Positions 20,935 to 30,625 of a stretch of 60,437 nucleotides of DNA are shown here, one piece after another. Source of the DNA: an uncultured Clostridia bacterium (GTDB lineage Bacteria; Bacillota; Clostridia; Lachnospirales; CAG-274); NCBI GenBank assembly GCA_947631975.1, contig CANRNM010000001.1:1-60437 (forward strand), in the 5' to 3' direction. A model generated the notes under the pieces. The model did not search any database and was not told the DNA's origin. It worked only from the letters and a program-made list of their open reading frames with translations. The number at the start of each line of letters is the position of its first letter. The stretch's first letter is position 1. Both the position numbers and the translations under genes were made by a program.

Positions 20935-21837
20935 GTGCTATCACTTGATAAATGCCTTCTTTGTCCCAGAAAATGCGGTGTTGACCGCAGGAGTGGGCAG
21001 ACAGGCTTCTGCGGTGTTTCGGGAGATAAAATATATGGCGCAAGAGCCGCTCTGCACTTCTGGGAAGAACCCTGCATATCCGGTAAAAACGGCGCGGGAA
21101 CAGTGTTTTTCAGCGGATGCAATTTAAGATGCGTTTACTGCCAGAACTATAGCATTTCAAATGCCGAGACAGGCAGAGCCGTAACCGTTGAAAGGTTAAG
21201 CGATATATTTATAGAGCTTATGGAAAAGGGCGCGGAAAATATAGACCTCGTTACGCCCACACATTATTCGCTTCATATAGCGGAGGCTTTAAGGCTTGCA
21301 AAGCAAAAGGGCATGAATATTCCCGTTGTGTATAACTGCGGCGGCTACGAAAGCATAGAAACGCTTGAAATGCTGGAAGGACTTATAGATATATATCTTA
21401 CGGATTTCAAGTATATCAAAGCAGAAACAGCGGAAAAATATTCCAAAGCGCCCGACTATCCCGAAGCTGTAAAAAAAGCGCTTGCCGAGATGACAAGACA
21501 GCAGCCCGAGCCCATATTCAATGCCGAGGGCGTTATGCAAAAGGGCGTCATCGTCCGTCATCTTCTTCTGCCGGGACATGTGCGCGAGGGAAAGGATATA
21601 GTAAGCTATGTTTACGATACATATGGGAATAATGTCTATATGAGCCTTATGAATCAGTATACGCCTCTTGAAAATGTATCCGAATACAAGGAAATAAACA
21701 GAAAGGTATCCGAAAGGGAATATGACAGTTTTATAAATCACGCTATAGATATCGGAGTTGAAAATGCCTTCATACAGGAGGGAGAAACGGCAAAGGAGAG
21801 CTTTATTCCCGCGTTTGACTATGAGGGCTGGAAATAA
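20935..21837 (+). CDS. Radical SAM protein, pyruvate-formate-lyase-activase-like
   Basis: GTG start at 20935 with AGGAGG 6 nt upstream. It has an N-terminal Cys cluster (CLLCPRKCGVDR...GFCG) and the CX3CX2C motif CNLRCVYCQN. The tracked start at 20854 lies inside the lon-like gene. Confidence 0.75.
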   Translation: MLSLDKCLLCPRKCGVDRRSGQTGFCGVSGDKIYGARAALHFWEEPCISGKNGAGTVFFSGCNLRCVYCQNYSISNAETGRAVTVERLSDIFIELMEKGAENIDLVTPTHYSLHIAEALRLAKQKGMNIPVVYNCGGYESIETLEMLEGLIDIYLTDFKYIKAETAEKYSKAPDYPEAVKKALAEMTRQQPEPIFNAEGVMQKGVIVRHLLLPGHVREGKDIVSYVYDTYGNNVYMSLMNQYTPLENVSEYKEINRKVSEREYDSFINHAIDIGVENAFIQEGETAKESFIPAFDYEGWK

Positions 21838-21849
21838 GGAGGGGTGAGC

Positions 21850-22833
21850 ATGAATTGTCTTATAGATTTACATCTTCATATAGACGGCTCGCTTTCGCTT
21901 GATACGGTGAAAGCTCTTGCCAAAATTCAGGATATACCGCTGTGCGGTGATGATGAACTTGTAAAAAAATTGAAGGTAAGTCCAAACTGCCGTGATCTGA
22001 ATGAATATCTTGAAAAATTTGATTTTCCGCTTTCTCTCCTTCAGACCGAGGAAGCCTTGGAGTACGGCACAGCCTCTTTACTGCGTGAGCTTTCTCAAAA
22101 GGGCTATATTTATGCGGAGCTGCGCTTTGCGCCTCAGCTCCACACACAAAAGGGCATGACGCAGAGAGACGCCGTTATCGCGGCAATAAAGGGCTTGGAA
22201 TCCTCCGATATTCCCGCAAATTTAATACTCTGCGCAATGCGCTCGGACAATAATTTCAACGAAAATAAAGAAACTATAGACATAGCTTCGGAATTTTTAA
22301 AAAAAGGCGTATGCGCGGCTGACCTTGCGGGAGCGGAAGGGCTTTATCCCACGGACAATTTCAGAGATATATTTGAATATGCCCGCAAAAAAGGCGTGCC
22401 GTTCACTATACATGCGGGCGAGGCGGACGGCGCAGAAAGCGTTTATTCCGCCATAGATATGGGCGCCTTGAGAATAGGGCACGGCATACGCTCATATGAG
22501 GACAAATCGCTTGTCAAAAAGCTTGCGGAAATGAAAATACCTCTGGAGCTATGCCCAACAAGCAACCTCAACACTGGCGTTTTCGGCAGCATAAGCGATT
22601 ATCCCATCATGGAATATATCAAAAGCGGTGTTGTCGTAACGGTAAATTCGGACAATATGACGGTATCCGATACCGATGTTAAAAGAGAACTGGAGCTTTT
22701 AAGAAGGACATTTTTATTAAGCGATGAGGATATTAAAGCCCTGCTACTCAATTCGGCGCGCTCCTCATTTGCCGATGAAAATACAAAAAAGGAGCTTACA
22801 GAAAAAATAAACAGCAATTTTAAAATGCAATAA
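21850..22833 (+). CDS. add: Adenosine deaminase
   Basis: DLHLHIDGS metal-binding N-terminus, HAGE, IGHG and VNSDNMTV motifs of the adenosine/AMP deaminase family. Confidence 0.85.
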   Translation: MNCLIDLHLHIDGSLSLDTVKALAKIQDIPLCGDDELVKKLKVSPNCRDLNEYLEKFDFPLSLLQTEEALEYGTASLLRELSQKGYIYAELRFAPQLHTQKGMTQRDAVIAAIKGLESSDIPANLILCAMRSDNNFNENKETIDIASEFLKKGVCAADLAGAEGLYPTDNFRDIFEYARKKGVPFTIHAGEADGAESVYSAIDMGALRIGHGIRSYEDKSLVKKLAEMKIPLELCPTSNLNTGVFGSISDYPIMEYIKSGVVVTVNSDNMTVSDTDVKRELELLRRTFLLSDEDIKALLLNSARSSFADENTKKELTEKINSNFKMQ

Positions 22834-22836
22834 AAT

Positions 22837-22874
22837 AAGGGACGGTCTTTTATTGACTGTCCCTTATATTTTTT
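22837..22874. terminator. Bidirectional intrinsic terminator between convergent add and prfC
   Basis: An 11-bp stem AAGGGACGGTC / GACTGTCCCTT (one G:U pair) with a 7-nt loop, a T-run downstream and an A-run upstream. Confidence 0.65.
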
Positions 22875-24453
22875 AAAAATCGTCGTCCACGGCAAGAGCC
22901 TCTATAAGCTCTATATCCTCGTTTCTTTCCGCAAAGGTATTCATAGCGTATTCGTTTGCAAAGAGTATTATAGGCCTTTCAAAGTGGTCAAAAACAAGCG
23001 TAGAGCGCGAATTCAGCGCGTCCTTTATCTCGTCCGCCGTTTTTCCCTTTACCCACCTTGCCACGCTGTAATCCATGGGCTCCATGCGTATTTCGGAGTT
23101 ATACTCGTTTTTGAGCCTGTATTCAAACACATCAAACTGCAGAGCGCCGACTGCGCCCAGCACAACGTCGTTGTATTCTGTCTTGTATATCTGTATGGCA
23201 CCCTCCTGCGCAAGCTGATCCACACCCTTCTGGAACTGCTTTGCCTTCATAGTGTCCACGGGTCTCACCTTCATAAAAAGCTCCGGCGGGAATGTGGGCA
23301 AAGGCTCAAAGAAAATCTTATCCCTGCAGTCGGTGAGTGTGTCGCCTATCTGATAGTTTCCCGTGTCATATATGCCTATTATATCGCCTGCCATAGCCGT
23401 TTCCACATTTTCTCTCTCGTTTGCCATAAGCTGTGTGGATTGATTGAGCTTCATTTTTTTGCCGTTTCGGGAGAGTGTAACCTCCATGCCCCTTTCAAAT
23501 GTTCCGGAGCATATCCTGAAAAACGCAAGTCTGTCTCTGTGCGCGGGGTTCATGTTTGCCTGTATTTTGAATATAAAGCCCGAAAAGAAGTCGTCAGTCG
23601 GCTTAACAACGCCATCCGTTGTCTTTCTTTCGCCGGGAGCGGGCGACATTTCAAGGAAATGCTCAAGGAAGTTAGTAACCCCGAAGTCCACAAGAGCAGA
23701 GCCGAAGAACACGGGCGAAAGCTTGCCCGAGGATATTTTGTCAATGTCAAATTCGTTTCCCGCTCCGTCCAGAAGTCCTATTTCATCTCTAAGATTTTGA
23801 AGATTCTCATCGAATATGATGCCGTCGAGCCTTTCGTCATACACTCCGTTTTCGCCAAGCTCTATTGTTTTCTTTTCCTTGTAAAGATAAATTTTGTTTT
23901 CAAGTCTGTCATATACGCCCTCAAAATAAGCACCGTTTCCTATGGGCCATGTAACTGCCACGGAGGGCAAGCCCAAGGCGTTTTCAAGCTCCTCCAAAAG
24001 CGCGAGGGGCTCCATTGCCTCCCTGTCCAGCTTGTTCATAAATGTAAATATGGGTATGCCTCTCATGCTGCACACCTTGAAAAGCTTCCTTGTCTGCGCC
24101 TCCACGCCCTTTGCCGCGTCGATCACCATCACCGCAGAGTCAACGGAGGTAAGTATTCTGTAGGTATCCTCTCCGAAGTCGTTGTGTCCCGGGGTGTCCA
24201 TTATGGACACTATTTTGTCATTGTATTCAAACTGCATTACGGATGATGTTACGGATATACCTCTCTGCCTTTCTATCTCCATCCAGTCCGATTTTGCAAA
24301 ACGGCCTCTCCTGGCTTTCACCGCGCCCGCCTCATGTATGGCGCCTCCGTGGAGGAGAAGCTTTTCGGTAAGCGTCGTTTTGCCTGCGTCGGGGTGAGAA
24401 ATTATGCCGAATATCCTTCTTTTGTTTATAAGGTTAATATCTGGTGAACTCAT
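22873..24453 (-). CDS. prfC: Peptide chain release factor 3 (translational GTPase)
   Basis: 526 aa with IISHPDAGKTTLTEKLL, DTPGHNDF and NKLD GTPase motifs and typical RF3 length. Confidence 0.95.
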   Translation of the reverse strand: MSSPDINLINKRRIFGIISHPDAGKTTLTEKLLLHGGAIHEAGAVKARRGRFAKSDWMEIERQRGISVTSSVMQFEYNDKIVSIMDTPGHNDFGEDTYRILTSVDSAVMVIDAAKGVEAQTRKLFKVCSMRGIPIFTFMNKLDREAMEPLALLEELENALGLPSVAVTWPIGNGAYFEGVYDRLENKIYLYKEKKTIELGENGVYDERLDGIIFDENLQNLRDEIGLLDGAGNEFDIDKISSGKLSPVFFGSALVDFGVTNFLEHFLEMSPAPGERKTTDGVVKPTDDFFSGFIFKIQANMNPAHRDRLAFFRICSGTFERGMEVTLSRNGKKMKLNQSTQLMANERENVETAMAGDIIGIYDTGNYQIGDTLTDCRDKIFFEPLPTFPPELFMKVRPVDTMKAKQFQKGVDQLAQEGAIQIYKTEYNDVVLGAVGALQFDVFEYRLKNEYNSEIRMEPMDYSVARWVKGKTADEIKDALNSRSTLVFDHFERPIILFANEYAMNTFAERNEDIELIEALAVDDDF

Positions 24454-24625
24454 TTAAAATTTTCCTTTCCGAATATATTGCTGTCATCTTTACTATTTTA
24501 TAGGAATTCAGCCTTATTTGCAAGTATTTTTTAACACATATTCCATATATTTTGCATTTTATTGTTACAAATATTACATTATAATTAAATCAGGCGCCGA
24601 TAAAAAGTAAAGGAGAGAAATATGT

Positions 24626-25549
24626 ATGAAAAAATTTATAATTTTAACATCCGCTGCCGTTATTGCAATGGGAGCAAGCGTATATGCTTCGGATACATAT
24701 GCGGGCAGATGTTCGAATATTCCGTCCACGGCTAAAAAAATAAATTTTTGCACCGATATTGACATAAATGAAATAAATGATACATATAATAATATTTGTA
24801 AAATAATAGACGATGTTCAGTCGGGCAGAATAGATCAAGACACCATAATAAAGGAGATATTAAGAAGAAACTGTAAAAATTACACGGGGGATATTACGGA
24901 GTGCACCACAAGGGCAAAACCGTCCGTTGAGCCTTCCACGGAAGCCACAACGCAAAAAATAACGGAAAAGCCTGTACAGCGACCTGCTAAACCACAGCCC
25001 ACAACGGAAAAACCGACGCAGCCGCCTACAAGACCACAGCCAACAACGGAAAAACCGACGCAGCCACCCACAAAGCCTCAACCCGCAACGGAAAAGCCGA
25101 CGCAGCCGACAACAAAGCGGCAGCCTGCATACGAGAGCTCAACGGAAACAACGACCTCGGCTCCCGTCGTAAACGGCTCCGAAGCAAACGCTCTGCTCGC
25201 GCTTGTAAACCGCGCAAGAGCGGAAAACGGACTTTCTCCGTTGAGCCTTGACAGCAGACTTTCCGCAGTGGCTCAGAAAAAGGCGGAGGACATGAAAAGC
25301 AATAATTATTTTTCACACACATCGCCTACATACGGCACGCCGTTCAATATGATAAAGAATGCGGGCATAAGCTACAAAACGGCGGGAGAAAACATAGCCA
25401 AGGGACAGAAGGACGCGCAGGCGGTATTTAACGCTTGGATGAATTCTTCGGGTCATAAGGCAAACATACTCAATAAAAATTATACCCATATGGGACTTGG
25501 TGTAACCTCGGGCTCGGGCAGATATTGGAGCCAGATGTTCATAGGATAA
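24626..25549 (+). CDS. Secreted CAP/SCP (YkwD-like) domain protein with a Pro/Thr-rich repeat linker
   Basis: Signal peptide MKKFIILTSAAVIAMGASVYA, PQPTTEKPTQPPT(R/K) repeats, and a C-terminal CAP domain (FSHTSPTYG, GENIA, WMNSSGHKANIL, HMGLG). Confidence 0.75.
   Translation: MKKFIILTSAAVIAMGASVYASDTYAGRCSNIPSTAKKINFCTDIDINEINDTYNNICKIIDDVQSGRIDQDTIIKEILRRNCKNYTGDITECTTRAKPSVEPSTEATTQKITEKPVQRPAKPQPTTEKPTQPPTRPQPTTEKPTQPPTKPQPATEKPTQPTTKRQPAYESSTETTTSAPVVNGSEANALLALVNRARAENGLSPLSLDSRLSAVAQKKAEDMKSNNYFSHTSPTYGTPFNMIKNAGISYKTAGENIAKGQKDAQAVFNAWMNSSGHKANILNKNYTHMGLGVTSGSGRYWSQMFIG
24992..25117 (+). repeat. Three tandem 42-nt coding repeats (PQPTTEKPTQPPTR unit)
   Basis: CCACAGCC(C/A)ACAACGGAAAAACCGACGCAGCC(G/A)CC(T/C)ACAA(G/A)... 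is repeated head to tail, in frame, inside the CAP-domain ORF. Confidence 0.85.
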
Positions 25550-25558
25550 TACATATTA

Positions 25559-25591
25559 AAATCGCCTGTGTTTATTCATAGGCGATTTTTG
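25559..25591 (+). terminator. Intrinsic terminator after the CAP-domain gene
   Basis: Stem AAATCGCCT / AGGCGATTT with a 12-nt loop, followed by a T-run. Confidence 0.6.
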
Positions 25592-25721
25592 ATGTTATGT
25601 CTTATGCGCAGAAATATTAATATTTACTTAAAATTCATTTTAAATACACATTTTTTAAGTTTTTTCTTGCAATACTATCTAAAATATATTAAAATATTAT
25701 AGTACAAATGGGAGAATAGCT

Positions 25722-27263
25722 ATGATCACGGTTACGGATAACGATAACAACACAAAAACAAAAAGCCAAAAAGCCCTTAAAGTCATAATTATAGCTCTTG
25801 CCGCTGCGGTAATTTTATATGCGGGCATAGGAGCTGTAAAATATCACGGCAGATTTCTGCCCAACACCGTCATTGACGGCACGGATTTTTCGGGCATGAG
25901 CGTTGACGAAGTGTGTTCATATTATGACAATAAGCTTAAAAATTATAAGCTTAATATATACAACAAGGGCTATATTATAGATATATACGAACCCAATGAA
26001 ATTGCTCTGGAGCTTAGCTATAAAGCAAAGTGGTACTTTGCGGGGCTTGTAAAAAAGCAGTCTAATTTTCTTTGGCTACCCGCTCTTTTGGGCAAAAAAG
26101 ATGTGCATGAGCTTAATTATATGGATATAATGTGTTACAATATCCATAAGCTCAACAATACCATAGCTCATTCCGTGGGCTATAATCTGCGCGCCACAAA
26201 GCAGCGCAGACAGGGCTCTATATTCTATAACGGCAGCGAATTTATAATAGTTCCTCCCGTAGCGTCAGACCAGATAGAGCCTGCGACCTATATACAGTGC
26301 ATATATAAAGCAGTCCAAAGCCTCTCGCCCGATATGGTGATAGAAGAATCCGACTGCTATGTCAGAAACGATATGACGCCCGAAATTGAAAATAAGCTGA
26401 ATGAAGCATGCATGACGGCAAAGAGCTTCTTTGATTCTGCCGATATGAATATAAGGCTCAAGGACTATGACTATGATTTCAACAGAGAGCTTATAAACGC
26501 AGTTTATAACATTGACGGAAGCTATAATTTCATATGCAATGACGACACCATAGAAAGAGGGATAGACGCCATAGGCAAAAGATACAATACTATGGGCATT
26601 GAAAGAAGTTTCAGCACATCTCACGGCACGACCGTAAGCGTCAGAGGCGGAGATTACGGCTGTTATATTGATACCGATACTCTCAAAAGAGCCGTAAAGT
26701 CGGCGCTTCTTGACAATGAAAAGGTAGATAAGGAGATTTATTTCAGAAAAAATATTCTAAATGACAATGTAAAGGACATAGGCGATACATATATTGAGAT
26801 AGATTTGACAAATCAGTATCTTTATATGTATCTGAACGGAAAGCTCGTAAAGGATTGCCCCGTCGTTACAGGGCTTCCCGGGAGCAGGGCAACGCCGCAG
26901 GGGGTTTATATGCTCAAGGCCAAGGCTATGGATGTTCCTCTTGTGGGCGAAAACTATGTTACTCCCGTCAAGTACTGGATGCCCTTTAACAGAGGCATAG
27001 GACTGCACGATGCGGTATGGCAGAGCTATTTCGGCGGAGATACCTATAAGCGCAAAGGCTCTCACGGCTGCGTAAATCTTTCTATGTCAAGCGCAAAGGA
27101 AATTTACGGACTGGCTCTTGTGAATATGCCGGTTGTATGCTATTATCACAGCAGGATAGACGCGTTTAAACCGCTCAAGTCACCCGATCCCGTCATGGGA
27201 CAGTACAGAGCGCTCACGGCAAGCGAAAGAGCTACCCGAAGCAGAATATTAAAAAGAAGATAG
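25722..27263 (+). CDS. L,D-transpeptidase (YkuD domain) with N-terminal membrane anchor
   Basis: TM helix ALKVIIIALAAAVILYAGIGAV. The C-terminal YkuD domain has GLHDAVW and the catalytic GSHGCVNL. Confidence 0.8.
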   Translation: MITVTDNDNNTKTKSQKALKVIIIALAAAVILYAGIGAVKYHGRFLPNTVIDGTDFSGMSVDEVCSYYDNKLKNYKLNIYNKGYIIDIYEPNEIALELSYKAKWYFAGLVKKQSNFLWLPALLGKKDVHELNYMDIMCYNIHKLNNTIAHSVGYNLRATKQRRQGSIFYNGSEFIIVPPVASDQIEPATYIQCIYKAVQSLSPDMVIEESDCYVRNDMTPEIENKLNEACMTAKSFFDSADMNIRLKDYDYDFNRELINAVYNIDGSYNFICNDDTIERGIDAIGKRYNTMGIERSFSTSHGTTVSVRGGDYGCYIDTDTLKRAVKSALLDNEKVDKEIYFRKNILNDNVKDIGDTYIEIDLTNQYLYMYLNGKLVKDCPVVTGLPGSRATPQGVYMLKAKAMDVPLVGENYVTPVKYWMPFNRGIGLHDAVWQSYFGGDTYKRKGSHGCVNLSMSSAKEIYGLALVNMPVVCYYHSRIDAFKPLKSPDPVMGQYRALTASERATRSRILKRR

Positions 27264-27279
27264 CAGAGGAGTTTTTTAT

Positions 27280-29262
27280 ATGAATGATAAGCAGGAGGAT
27301 GTCAAAGCCGATATAACCGAGGAGGAAACCGGCAAGATAAACTATACCGATTTCCTCAGAGATACGGAAGAAATTGAAGCCGAGATACGCAAGGAAGAGG
27401 AATTAAAGAGGCAGAAAAGAAAAGAAATGATGAAAATCCTGCCAAAACCCAATAAAAATGACAACAACGGTACAGAGGAAAGCAAAATAGCCGAAGCGGA
27501 GGTCGATCCCGATGCCGAGGCAATAAAAAGAGCAGATATTATAAAATACAGAGCTATCGCCGTATTTGCCGTATTTGCAGTTATTATATTCATTTATTTT
27601 GGAGTGGCATACGGTGTTTACGGCAGCAAATTTCTGCCCTCAACCGTCATAAACGATGTGGACTGCTCGGGCAAGACGGTTGACGAGGTTTCCGACATAA
27701 TGGCTGAAAAGGTGCTTGACTATCACCTAAGCATTATGTATAACGACATCATGGTAGACGAGCTTTACGGCAAGGACATAGACCTTGAATTCGGCGAGCT
27801 TGACAAGGCGCTGGAGGATATATGCGCTCATCAGAAAAAGCTTTCATGGCTTAAAGGCGTGTTTTTTGATTCCGAGCCCATATACACAACAAAGGGTCTT
27901 ACATACGACACTCTCACGCTCAGCAGATTTATAGACAGCTCCCTTGTGCTCGGTATGACAGGCACGATAGAGAGCGAGGACGCCAAGCTTGAATATATAG
28001 ACGATAAATATGAAATAGTCCCCGAGATACAGGGCGACAGCATAGACAAGACTGTTTTTTCCGCAAAGGTTACAAGCGCTGTTCTGGGTCTTGACCCCGA
28101 TGTGGATATAAACAGGGACGGTCTTTTCATAAAGCCTGCGCTCACAGCGGATAACAAAAATCTTATACATGCCTGCAAAACAGCCAATAAGCTTATAAAG
28201 GACAAGCTGGAGCTCAACATAACGGACGATGTGTTTGAAATACCCATCGACATCAAAAAGGATTGGTTCTGCGCGGACAAAGAAGGCAATCTTGCTTTGA
28301 ATGAAGCAGAGCTTTCAAAATATATGGATAGGCTTGACAATAGCTACAGCGCAAATACCGAGGTAAGGACATTCAAGACATTTTATGGCGACGAGGTAAC
28401 CGTTACGGGCGGAGACTTCGGCACGGGCATAGACAGAGACAAGCTTAAAAATGATATAAACGAGGCTATGTTCAGCGGAAATGACAGCAGAGTTGTGGCT
28501 GAATTTGCCGTATTCCAAAAGGATATAGGCAAGAGCTATATCGAAGTCGACCTTTCAAATCAGATGCTCTGGATGTATAAGGAAGGCGAGCTTATACTTT
28601 CAACTCCCGTCATAACAGGCAGGGATTTTGAGGGAAGCAGAACGCCCGAAGGCGTATACAGACTTAAATCCAAGACAGAAAATGCCGTTATAACGGAAAA
28701 GGACGAAGAGCATATCGTCAATTACTTTATGAGCGTTAACGGCGGATACGGCATATGCGATGCAGGGTGGAAAAACCTTTTCGGCGGTCAGGTATATAAA
28801 GAGGACGGCTCCGACGGCTCCGTATATGTGCTTGAGGATGCGTCAAAGACGATATACGAAAACTGCTATGAGAATATGCCCGTTATATATTATACGCATG
28901 AAATAATGGACGGCTTCTATTTCGAAAATTCGTACATGGGCGAATTGATGAACCTTATAGCAAACCGTCCCGAGATACCCGAATATAACGGCGAAGCCGA
29001 AACGGAAGCGTCTTCCGAGGAAACAACGGAGAGCGCCGGAAAGGATGATTCCTCCGACGAAAACTCTCATGAGCAGACTGCCGCGCCTCTTGTGGACAGC
29101 ATAATGGAGCAGGCCGAGCCCGAACGCTCCGAAGAGGGCAGGGACGAGCCCGATATAGAAGCTCCCGCGGACGAGCCCAAGGAAGAACCCGCAGAAAACC
29201 CGCCGCAGGAACAACCCGAAGGCAAAAACGCTGATGATTTGGCAGAAGAAGCTTTGCAGTAA
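27280..29262 (+). CDS. L,D-transpeptidase-like paralogue lacking the catalytic His/Cys, with an acidic disordered C-terminal tail
   Basis: It has the same architecture and is collinear with the upstream gene. The equivalent motifs read GICDAGW and GSDGSVYV. The tail is rich in E/P/A/D. Confidence 0.7.
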   Translation: MNDKQEDVKADITEEETGKINYTDFLRDTEEIEAEIRKEEELKRQKRKEMMKILPKPNKNDNNGTEESKIAEAEVDPDAEAIKRADIIKYRAIAVFAVFAVIIFIYFGVAYGVYGSKFLPSTVINDVDCSGKTVDEVSDIMAEKVLDYHLSIMYNDIMVDELYGKDIDLEFGELDKALEDICAHQKKLSWLKGVFFDSEPIYTTKGLTYDTLTLSRFIDSSLVLGMTGTIESEDAKLEYIDDKYEIVPEIQGDSIDKTVFSAKVTSAVLGLDPDVDINRDGLFIKPALTADNKNLIHACKTANKLIKDKLELNITDDVFEIPIDIKKDWFCADKEGNLALNEAELSKYMDRLDNSYSANTEVRTFKTFYGDEVTVTGGDFGTGIDRDKLKNDINEAMFSGNDSRVVAEFAVFQKDIGKSYIEVDLSNQMLWMYKEGELILSTPVITGRDFEGSRTPEGVYRLKSKTENAVITEKDEEHIVNYFMSVNGGYGICDAGWKNLFGGQVYKEDGSDGSVYVLEDASKTIYENCYENMPVIYYTHEIMDGFYFENSYMGELMNLIANRPEIPEYNGEAETEASSEETTESAGKDDSSDENSHEQTAAPLVDSIMEQAEPERSEEGRDEPDIEAPADEPKEEPAENPPQEQPEGKNADDLAEEALQ

Positions 29263-29301
29263 CTACAATATAAAAAAATTAAAATATAGGAGGTAATTTT
29301 T

Positions 29302-30615
29302 ATGGAGTATTTCAGCAATATCAAAAAAATAAACTATGAGGGAAGCAAGAGCACGAATCCCCTATCTTTCAAGTTTTACAATCCCGACGAGGTCGTAATG
29401 GGAAAGACCATGAAGGAGCATCTCAGGTTTTCAATGGCTTATTGGCATACCTTCACTTACATGGGAGCCGACCAGTTCGGAGGCGCCAGCAAGTCGCATC
29501 ACTGGGACGGCGACGAGCCTATGAAGCAGGCTGAAAACAGAGTTTACGCCGCATTTGAGTTTATGGAGAAAATGCAGATACCCTATTTCTGCTTCCACGA
29601 TGTGGACATTGCTCCCAGAGGAAAAACTCTTGCGGAAACAAACGCCAATCTGGACAAGATAGCGGCTGTTATAAAGTCCGAAATGCAGAGGACGGGCATT
29701 AAATGCCTTTGGGGCACCACAAACGCCTTTGGCGACGCCAAGTTTGTACACGGCGCTTCCACATCGTGCAACAGCACCGTATTTGCCTACACTGCCGCAC
29801 AGATAAAGAAGGCCATGGACATCACCATGGAGCTTGGCGGTGAAAATTATGTGTTCTGGGGTGGCAGAGAGGGCTATGAAACACTTCTCAATACGGACAC
29901 AAAGGCAGAGCTTGACCACCTTGCAATGCTCCTTAAAATGGCTGCGGACTATAAGAAGAAAATAGGCTTCAAGGGTACTCTGCTCATAGAGCCCAAGCCA
30001 AAGGAGCCTACAAAGCATCAGTATGACTTTGATGCGGCGACCGTTATGGGATTTTTGAGAAAATACGGTCTTGAAAACGACTTCAAGCTCAACATAGAGG
30101 CAAACCACGCCACTCTTGCACAGCATACCTTTCAGCATGAGCTCAATATGTGCAGAATAAACGGCATGCTCGGCAGTGTGGATGCCAACATAGGCGATCC
30201 CATGCTTGGCTGGGACACAGACCAGTTCCCGACAAATATATATGACACCACGCTCGCTATGTATGAGATACTTCAAAACGGCGGACTCGGTACGGGCGGA
30301 CTCAACTTCGACGCTAAGGTAAGGAGAGGCTCCATAGACGAGGCAGACCTTTTCTATGCGCATATTGCGGGCATGGATACATTTGCATGGGGTCTTAAGG
30401 TTGCCGCAAAGCTCATCGAAGACAAGGTATTCACAGAATTTATAGAAAAGAAATACTCAAGCTGGAAGACAGAGCTCGGTCAGAGCATAGAAAAGGGAAG
30501 TATTGACTTTGAGGGACTTGAAAAATATGCCCTTGAAAACGGCACAACCGAAAACATTTCGGGCAGACAGGAATATCTTGAAAGCGTATTGAACCAGTAC
30601 ATCTACAATATCTGA
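29302..30615 (+). CDS. xylA: Xylose isomerase
   Basis: 437 aa with [33 protein letters not shown] and WDTDQF signatures. Confidence 0.95.
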   Translation: MEYFSNIKKINYEGSKSTNPLSFKFYNPDEVVMGKTMKEHLRFSMAYWHTFTYMGADQFGGASKSHHWDGDEPMKQAENRVYAAFEFMEKMQIPYFCFHDVDIAPRGKTLAETNANLDKIAAVIKSEMQRTGIKCLWGTTNAFGDAKFVHGASTSCNSTVFAYTAAQIKKAMDITMELGGENYVFWGGREGYETLLNTDTKAELDHLAMLLKMAADYKKKIGFKGTLLIEPKPKEPTKHQYDFDAATVMGFLRKYGLENDFKLNIEANHATLAQHTFQHELNMCRINGMLGSVDANIGDPMLGWDTDQFPTNIYDTTLAMYEILQNGGLGTGGLNFDAKVRRGSIDEADLFYAHIAGMDTFAWGLKVAAKLIEDKVFTEFIEKKYSSWKTELGQSIEKGSIDFEGLEKYALENGTTENISGRQEYLESVLNQYIYNI

Positions 30616-30625
30616 GGACAAAATA

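Noticed and set aside
24940-25130. Regularly spaced repeats considered as a possible CRISPR array.
   Set aside because: The repeats are contiguous 42-nt units with no spacers. They are in frame inside an ORF and encode a Pro/Thr linker.
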